Shown here piece after piece: positions 59,089 through 64,000 of a stretch of 64,000 nt of DNA. Origin of the DNA: Frankiaceae bacterium (GTDB lineage Bacteria > Actinomycetota > Actinomycetes > JAFAQI01); contig JAICMI010000001.1 of the NCBI GenBank assembly GCA_025929315.1, positions 1,802 to 65,801 on the forward strand. Direction: 5' to 3'. The notes under the pieces are model-generated. The model did not search any database. It worked only from the letters and a program-made list of their open reading frames with translations, and was not told the DNA's origin. The translations under genes and the position numbers were made by a program. How positions within the stretch are numbered: the stretch's first letter is position 1; every line of letters starts with the position of its first letter.

Positions 59089-60531
59089 TTGCCCCCGCAC
59101 GCCCAACGTAACTCCCGCTCGCATGCCCGGCGCCGACCGCGCCAGGGCTCCGGCGGACCCCGCAACACCACTCCGACACGCACCGCCGTTTCGGCGCTCG
59201 ACGCCGCCCTCGATGCGGCCCTCGCCCTCCCGGCGCCCGAGCCGCGCACCTTCGGCCAGCTCGGCCTCCCGCAGGCGTTGGTGACGACGCTCGCCCGCCG
59301 CGGCATCCACGAGCCTTTCGCGATCCAGGCCCGCGCCCTACCCGACGCGCTGGCAGGCCGCGACGTCCTCGGCCGCGCGCAGACCGGCTCGGGCAAGACG
59401 CTCGCGTTCGGGCTGCCGATGCTCACCCGACTCCACGCCGACGGCTCTCGTCGTACGACGCTGCGCCCGCGCGGTCTCGTGCTCGTGCCGACGCGTGAGC
59501 TCGCCTGCCAGGTCGCCGAGGAGATCGCGCCGCTCGCGCACGCGCTCGACCTGCGCGTCGCGGCGGTGTTCGGCGGCGCGGCCATGGGCCGCCAGATCGA
59601 CCGTTTGCGCGCCGGCGTCGACATCGTCGTCGCCACTCCGGGTCGGCTCATCGACCTCATGGAGCGCCGCGCGGTGCACCTCGACCGCATCGAGATCGCC
59701 GTCCTCGACGAGGCCGACCACATGGCCGACCTCGGTTTCCTGCCGCCGGTGACGCAGATCCTCGACGCGACACCTGCCGGTCGCCAGTGCCTGCTGTTCT
59801 CGGCAACTCTCGACCGCGGCGTCGACAAGCTCGTGACACGTTTCCTGACCGAACCTGCCATTCACGCGATCGCCGCAGCATCTGCGCCGGTCGAGGCGAT
59901 GGACCACCAGGTCTTCGTGCTGCGCGGCGACGAGAAGGTAGCCGTCGCCGCCGAGATTGCGACCCGTCCGGCGCGCACCTTGTTCTTCGTCCGTACGAAG
60001 CACGGCGCCGACCGTCTCGCCAAGCAGCTGTCGCGCGAAGGTGTCGACGCCGGGGCGATCCACGGAAACCTCAACCAGGGTCAGCGACTTCGCGCCCTCG
60101 AGGCCTTCTCGTCCGGTCGCAGCCGGGTGCTCGTCGCGACCGATGTTGCTGCGCGCGGGCTGCACGTCGACGACGTCGACCTCGTCGTGCACTTCGACCC
60201 GCCCAATGACCACAAGGACTATCTGCACCGCTCGGGCCGCACTGCCCGCGCCGGCGCAGCCGGCACGGTCGTGTCGTTCGTCGAGCCCCAGCAGCAGCGC
60301 GACGTCACCAAGATGCACTCGGCGGCGAAGGTTGCTCCTAAGACCGAGACCGTCCGCAGCGGTCATCCCGCCGTGCGTGCCATCGCCGAGTCGGGTGAGC
60401 CGATCGTCGTCGTGGCGTTGCCGAAGCGGTCACCGCAGCAGGGCAACGACCGACCGGCACGAGCCTCCGGGCGCGGCCGGGCAGCGCCGCGCCGCCATCG
60501 CGGCGTCGCACCTCGCCGGGTCTCTGCCTGA
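59089..60531 (+). CDS. DEAD-box ATP-dependent RNA helicase
   Basis: AQTGSGKTLAF, PTRELA, LDEADHMAD, FSATL and HRSGRTARAG motifs, with a basic C-terminal tail. TTG 59089 lies 7 nt after GGAG. Confidence 0.9.
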   Translation: MPPHAQRNSRSHARRRPRQGSGGPRNTTPTRTAVSALDAALDAALALPAPEPRTFGQLGLPQALVTTLARRGIHEPFAIQARALPDALAGRDVLGRAQTGSGKTLAFGLPMLTRLHADGSRRTTLRPRGLVLVPTRELACQVAEEIAPLAHALDLRVAAVFGGAAMGRQIDRLRAGVDIVVATPGRLIDLMERRAVHLDRIEIAVLDEADHMADLGFLPPVTQILDATPAGRQCLLFSATLDRGVDKLVTRFLTEPAIHAIAAASAPVEAMDHQVFVLRGDEKVAVAAEIATRPARTLFFVRTKHGADRLAKQLSREGVDAGAIHGNLNQGQRLRALEAFSSGRSRVLVATDVAARGLHVDDVDLVVHFDPPNDHKDYLHRSGRTARAGAAGTVVSFVEPQQQRDVTKMHSAAKVAPKTETVRSGHPAVRAIAESGEPIVVVALPKRSPQQGNDRPARASGRGRAAPRRHRGVAPRRVSA

Positions 60532-60579
60532 TCGACGGGGCCTGACCGACGCGCCCTTGGCTGAGGGGCCTAGCTGACC

Positions 60580-61119
60580 GTCGGCGATGTAGACGTTGCC
60601 GGCCGGGCTGACGCTCACGCGCTTCGGCGCACTGAGGCCCTTGCCGACCTTGTGCTGCTTGCCCTTGAGCGGGACCTTGACGACGCGGTCGTTGCCGCGG
60701 TCGGCGACGTAGGCGTTGCCTGCACCGTCGACGGCAACCGCCGCAGGTGAGGCGAAACCGTGTCCGACGGTCGTCTGTCGGCCCCCGCCCGCCGGCACCT
60801 TGACCACGGTGCCGCCGGAACGCACGACGAAGACGTCACCCGCGTCGTCGACCGCGACCGACAGCGGCGTCTGCAGGTTTGAGCCGACGGTTGTCTGGGG
60901 TGCGCCGTTGACCGGCACCATCACGACCCGGTGGTGCCCGGAGTCAGCGACATAGACGTTGCCGCTGTTGTCGACGGCGACGCCACGCGGGTCCTTGAAG
61001 TCCTCGCCCACCAGGAACTGCGGCTGGCCGTTCGCGGGGATCGCGATCACCCGGTCGTTTGCCGAGTCGGCGATGAAGATGTCGCCGGATGCGCTGCTAC
61101 TCGGCGGATTCGGCGACAT
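60580..61119 (-). pseudogene. Truncated duplicate of the C-terminal NHL propeller of 56729..58594 (no signal peptide, 3' end replaced)
   Basis: ORF 60430..61119 residues ~11-180 align collinearly with the last propeller of the full-length gene (SGDIFIADSANDRVIAIPANGQPQFLVGE... versus SGDLYIADSANDRVIAIPSNGQPQFLLGE...). Homology stops at ...NVYIAD, and the frame then runs into the helicase 3' end. Confidence 0.65.
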
Positions 61120-61359
61120 GAAGGAGCAGCCCGCACAGTGGCTGCGCCGGGATCACCGGCTGCGAGCCCCGCTTGAGGGGCGCGATCACAGCCCAGCTCC
61201 GCGACCGCCTTGCCAAGGCGAGGTGCAGCGATCCAGGGAAATGTTGCCTGCGGGTGTTGTATTTCCGCCATTGAGTGGGACAGTCATGACAGCACGCTTG
61301 GCGTCAGGACCCTCGCCCCACGGTGCAGTGAGTTCTTCCTGCGAGGTAAAGGGTCCGAG

Positions 61360-63132
61360 ATGAATAGCAAATCCCAGCGCGCGCCGAGGGCGCGCTTGTT
61401 CGGCGTGGCGCTCAGTGTCGCCACCGTCGCGGCGGTGTCGGCCGCGCCGGCCGCGGCCGCCTCGACGGGGCAGCGGGCGCCAGTCCACGGCGTCATCGAC
61501 GGGTTCGCCAGCGGCGACTTCGTCTACCTCAACGCGCTCGACACCTCCACCGCCGACTTCGCGCAGGTGTCTCTCAGCCAGAGCGCAGCGGCCGTGTCCA
61601 ACCAGAAGCTGCCCCGCAACGACTCGCTCGGTCAGCGCGTGTACGACGCGGACCTCGGTGGCAAGAACGCCTACGGCCACGCCTCCGGCGTGAGTCTCAA
61701 CCTGGGGCAGGGCGACGGCGCCGTGCCGCAGGCCCGCCTCACCACCGCCGAGGCTGCGTCACCTCCGCGCGACCGCAAGACGACGAACCTGGTGCACGTG
61801 CCGGCAGCCCCGCTGCTGGACGCGACCGTCCAGCCCAACGTCGCCGAGGCCAACACTCGCTCCGCCGACGACTTCTGCGTGCTCGGCAAGCCGCTGTCGC
61901 AGGGCGTCGCGAACGTCGCCGACGCCACGCTCGTGGCGACCGACTCAGTGGCGCCGGGTTTCGCCCTGCTCGACGCGACCGGTGAGGTGCTGGACCGCTC
62001 CACCGAACAGCTGGTGTCCAACGGACACGGCACTCTCGGCCTGTCCTCGTCGTCCACGCTCGAAACGGCCGGGGTGACCCTGTTCGCCGGCGTAGCCGGT
62101 GCGGAGACCACGATCAAGGTGCTCAACCCGGTGACGCTCGAAGCGATTGCCGGCGGCTTCCCAGGCACCGCGTCGGTGAAGTACGGCGACGCCAACGGCA
62201 ACACGCCTGTCCTGTCGATCAAGAACGGCACCAACACCGCAGTCCTCACCCTTCAGCAGCTGATCGGGAGCGGCGCGACGATCGACTTCGACGGCCTGAT
62301 CAAGGTCGAGATCGGGCTGGACCCGAAGACGAAGATCGCCAAGGACGGCACCTCCGCCTCGGCCCTGGCCGACCTGGTGCGGATCACCGTGATCGGCAAG
62401 CCGGCACCATCGAGCGGCAGTGTCGGCGGCCCGCTCGGCTCGGTACTCAACCCGGTGCTTGGGCCGGTCCTCTCCGCGCTCGACAGCACCGGTCTGCTGC
62501 AGCAGATCGACCAGGCGCTGACCGCCGCCGGACTCACCACCGGCGCCGACTTCCGGCTCGGGCACTTCGAGGCGTCCGCCGAGGTGCCCCAGGGCGGTGT
62601 CACCTGCGGCCTGCCGGTTCACAAGACCGTGGACAAGGACGTCGTCCACCCCGGCGACCGGTTCACCTACACGATCACCGTTCACAACCCCTACGACTGC
62701 ACGCTGCAGAACGTCCGCGTGGCGGACTCGATCGCTGCCACCGGCGGAGTGCTCTGGAAGGTCGTGTCGACTCGACCGACTGCCGACCAGGTCTCGGACG
62801 ACCGGGTCGTGTGGAACGACATCGGCGACATCAAGACCGGCGACTCACGATCGGTAGAGATCGGCGTCGTCATCGACGACGCTTCGAGCAGCGGCAGGTT
62901 TACCGACCATGCCACTGCGACCGCGGACTGCGGCACCGGCGGGGCCACCGGGAACGGCCGAGTCACGTTGACCGGCGACGACATCGTGCACGCGCCCGAC
63001 GTCGTGACCCCGGCTGCCGCGGGCTCGCGACTGCCGGACACGGGTGCGTCGGGGCGGCTCGCCCTGCTCGCCCTCGCCTTCGTCTCCGCCGGTCTTCTGG
63101 TACGGCGCGTGACCGCCGGTTCGCGTCGGTGA
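61360..63132 (+). CDS. LPXTG-anchored cell-surface protein with DUF11-type repeat domain
   Basis: ATG 61360 gives the signal MNSKSQRAPRARLFGVALSVATVAAVSAAPAAA. The DUF11-like segment is VHKTVDKDVVHPGDRFTYTITVHNPYDCTLQNVRVAD. The C-terminal sorting signal is LPDTG + LALLALAFVSAGLLV + RRVTAGSRR. Confidence 0.85.
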   Translation: MNSKSQRAPRARLFGVALSVATVAAVSAAPAAAASTGQRAPVHGVIDGFASGDFVYLNALDTSTADFAQVSLSQSAAAVSNQKLPRNDSLGQRVYDADLGGKNAYGHASGVSLNLGQGDGAVPQARLTTAEAASPPRDRKTTNLVHVPAAPLLDATVQPNVAEANTRSADDFCVLGKPLSQGVANVADATLVATDSVAPGFALLDATGEVLDRSTEQLVSNGHGTLGLSSSSTLETAGVTLFAGVAGAETTIKVLNPVTLEAIAGGFPGTASVKYGDANGNTPVLSIKNGTNTAVLTLQQLIGSGATIDFDGLIKVEIGLDPKTKIAKDGTSASALADLVRITVIGKPAPSSGSVGGPLGSVLNPVLGPVLSALDSTGLLQQIDQALTAAGLTTGADFRLGHFEASAEVPQGGVTCGLPVHKTVDKDVVHPGDRFTYTITVHNPYDCTLQNVRVADSIAATGGVLWKVVSTRPTADQVSDDRVVWNDIGDIKTGDSRSVEIGVVIDDASSSGRFTDHATATADCGTGGATGNGRVTLTGDDIVHAPDVVTPAAAGSRLPDTGASGRLALLALAFVSAGLLVRRVTAGSRR

Positions 63133-63193
63133 GCCGCACTAACGCGCCCAGGGTTGTGGCACAACGGCCGCCGACCGGTGCACCCGGTCCGGG

Positions 63194-63511
63194 TCAGACC
63201 AGCGCGCTGTAGACGAGCTGGCGCAGCTGCGAGCGGATCGGGTGCGCGCTCGACGGCATCAGCTGGGTCATGAACACGCAGCCGACGTCCTCGACCGGGT
63301 CGACCCAGAAGGCTGTCACGCGCTCGGCCAGGCCGGACTCGCCGTAGTAGTAGAGCGCGGACACGCGCTCCTGCTGCGCCGGGTCGCACCAGAAGCCGGT
63401 GTCGACCATGCCGAGCGGCTCGAGCACCCGGTTGCGGAAGGCGACGTCGAGCGTCTGCCCGGTCGGCGGCTGGTCGTTCAACTTCATCAAGACGCCGGCG
63501 GTCAACAGCAT
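63194..63511 (-). pseudogene. Remnant of a serine hydrolase (beta-lactamase-related family) gene: C-terminal ~105 codons with an apparent internal deletion
   Basis: ...FRNRVLEPLGMVDTGFW...RVSALYYY...AFWVDPVEDVGCVFMTQLMPS...LRQLVYSALV keeps the family's C-terminal landmarks. The catalytic SxxK N-terminal two-thirds are missing, as is the segment between the LY and FWVDP motifs. Confidence 0.6.
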
Positions 63512-63668
63512 CTATGCCGATGCGCAGCACCCGTCGGCGCTGGTGCTCGGCTACATCCGCGACAAGCACCCCGGCGCACCGCTATCGACATGCAACACCG
63601 TGCTCAACCAGCCGTGCCGCCAGAACCGCACCGCGGCCCCGGCCGGCTTCATGACCGTGCGGCGCTGA
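63512..63668 (+). pseudogene. Orphan 3' coding remnant (about 52 codons, family not recognised)
   Basis: Strong GC3 bias in the frame ...IYADAQHPSALVLGYIRDKHPGAPLSTCNTVLNQPCRQNRTAAPAGFMTVRR-stop. There is no plausible start, and upstream of 63512 the frame is antisense to the beta-lactamase remnant. Confidence 0.4.
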
Positions 63669-63699
63669 TCACGGCGAAGCCGTGTTGTCCTCGTTCGCG

Positions 63700-63969
63700 T
63701 CAGGGAGATTGCGCGGGCGTCGGTGTCGCGCCCGCGCCCGCGCCCGCGCCTCGAAGTCCGACGATGGCGAGCACCAGGAACCAGAGCAGCGGCAGCACCA
63801 TCGGCAGGAAGATCGCGCCGAACACCCCTCCGAGCACGCCGAGGATGGCGGCGTAAGCGAGCCACTTGGGGATGACCCCGGCGCGCGAGCCACCGATCGC
63901 GATGGCACCGATGACCGCGGCGGCGACAAGTCCGAAGACGACGAACAGGAACGGGAAGGACATGCTCAT
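63700..63969 (-). CDS. Small integral membrane protein
   Basis: MSMSFPFLFVVFGLVAAAVIGAIAIGG...three hydrophobic helices with a Gly/Ala-rich tail. Start at ATG 63969 or 63963. Confidence 0.6.
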   Translation of the reverse strand: MSMSFPFLFVVFGLVAAAVIGAIAIGGSRAGVIPKWLAYAAILGVLGGVFGAIFLPMVLPLLWFLVLAIVGLRGAGAGAGATPTPAQSP

Positions 63970-64000
63970 CACCCACCGCACCGCGTCGCCACCGTTGCTG

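Noticed and set aside
59076-59111. 11-codon upstream ORF (MEHHLAPARPT) overlapping the TTG start of the DEAD-box helicase, and the ~160-nt leader 58931-59088 as a possible riboswitch or cis-regulatory RNA.
   Set aside because: The uORF ATG has no SD-like sequence, whereas GGAG is correctly spaced for the TTG at 59089. I could not recognise any known riboswitch or leader motif in the leader by eye. A covariance-model scan would be needed.
1-64000. Scan for tRNA, rRNA, tmRNA, CRISPR arrays, integrase/att sites and prophage genes.
   Set aside because: I noticed no T-arm/acceptor-like conserved tRNA sequences (GGTTCGAATCC-type), no rRNA-like AT-richer conserved blocks, no regular repeat-spacer arrays, and no integrase/recombinase or phage structural genes. 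The only mobile element seen is the IS630 copy.

Overview
A high-GC segment with strong GC3 codon bias, which looks like an Actinomycetota chromosome. It is densely packed, with about 75 protein-coding genes on both strands. Start/stop overlaps of the ATGA and GTGA type are common. I found no rRNA, tRNA or CRISPR array. Many long ORFs in the track are antisense or shadow frames, or spurious N-terminal extensions caused by GC richness. I trimmed starts to the point where the recognisable domain sequence, a signal peptide or a Shine-Dalgarno-like site begins.

The content is mostly accessory and environment-facing:
- Secreted hydrolases: lipases, an alpha/beta hydrolase, a GH6 glucanase, and two tandem beta-propeller/phosphoesterase fusion paralogs.
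- Three Asp-box (BNR) propeller proteins, and NHL-repeat and LPXTG surface proteins.
- A processive GT2 glycan synthase.
- Many small-molecule-binding paralogs (SRPBCC, DinB/MDMPI, RibD-C, VOC) with one-component regulators (TetR x2, MarR, HxlR, ArsR, XRE, LAL-LuxR).
- Two MFS exporters, one two-component system, a class III nucleotide cyclase fusion, an SNF2 helicase and a DEAD-box helicase.

Clear mobile or decay features are one IS630-family element with 14-bp terminal inverted repeats in a CTAG/TA target and a split transposase frame, a DUF1326 gene interrupted by an in-frame TAG, a truncated NHL-propeller duplicate, and a junction of two 5'-truncated gene remnants near 63.5 kb.

The candidates I consider most worth follow-up:
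1. An rifampin ADP-ribosyltransferase (arr) homolog translationally coupled behind a Gfo/Idh/MocA oxidoreductase and a DUF4328 membrane protein, directly downstream of the IS630.
2. An uncharacterised, putatively metal-related cluster: DUF4242, a secreted protein, two DUF1326 genes and DUF2182.
3. A translationally coupled Asp-box propeller plus MoaD/ThiS-like GG-terminated protein pair.
4. An XRE-HTH plus minimal nucleotidyltransferase two-gene module with twin palindromic operators.
5. A GT2 synthase/GH6 pair with overlapping stop codons.

All functional calls rest on motif and family recognition by eye. No database search or alignment was run.
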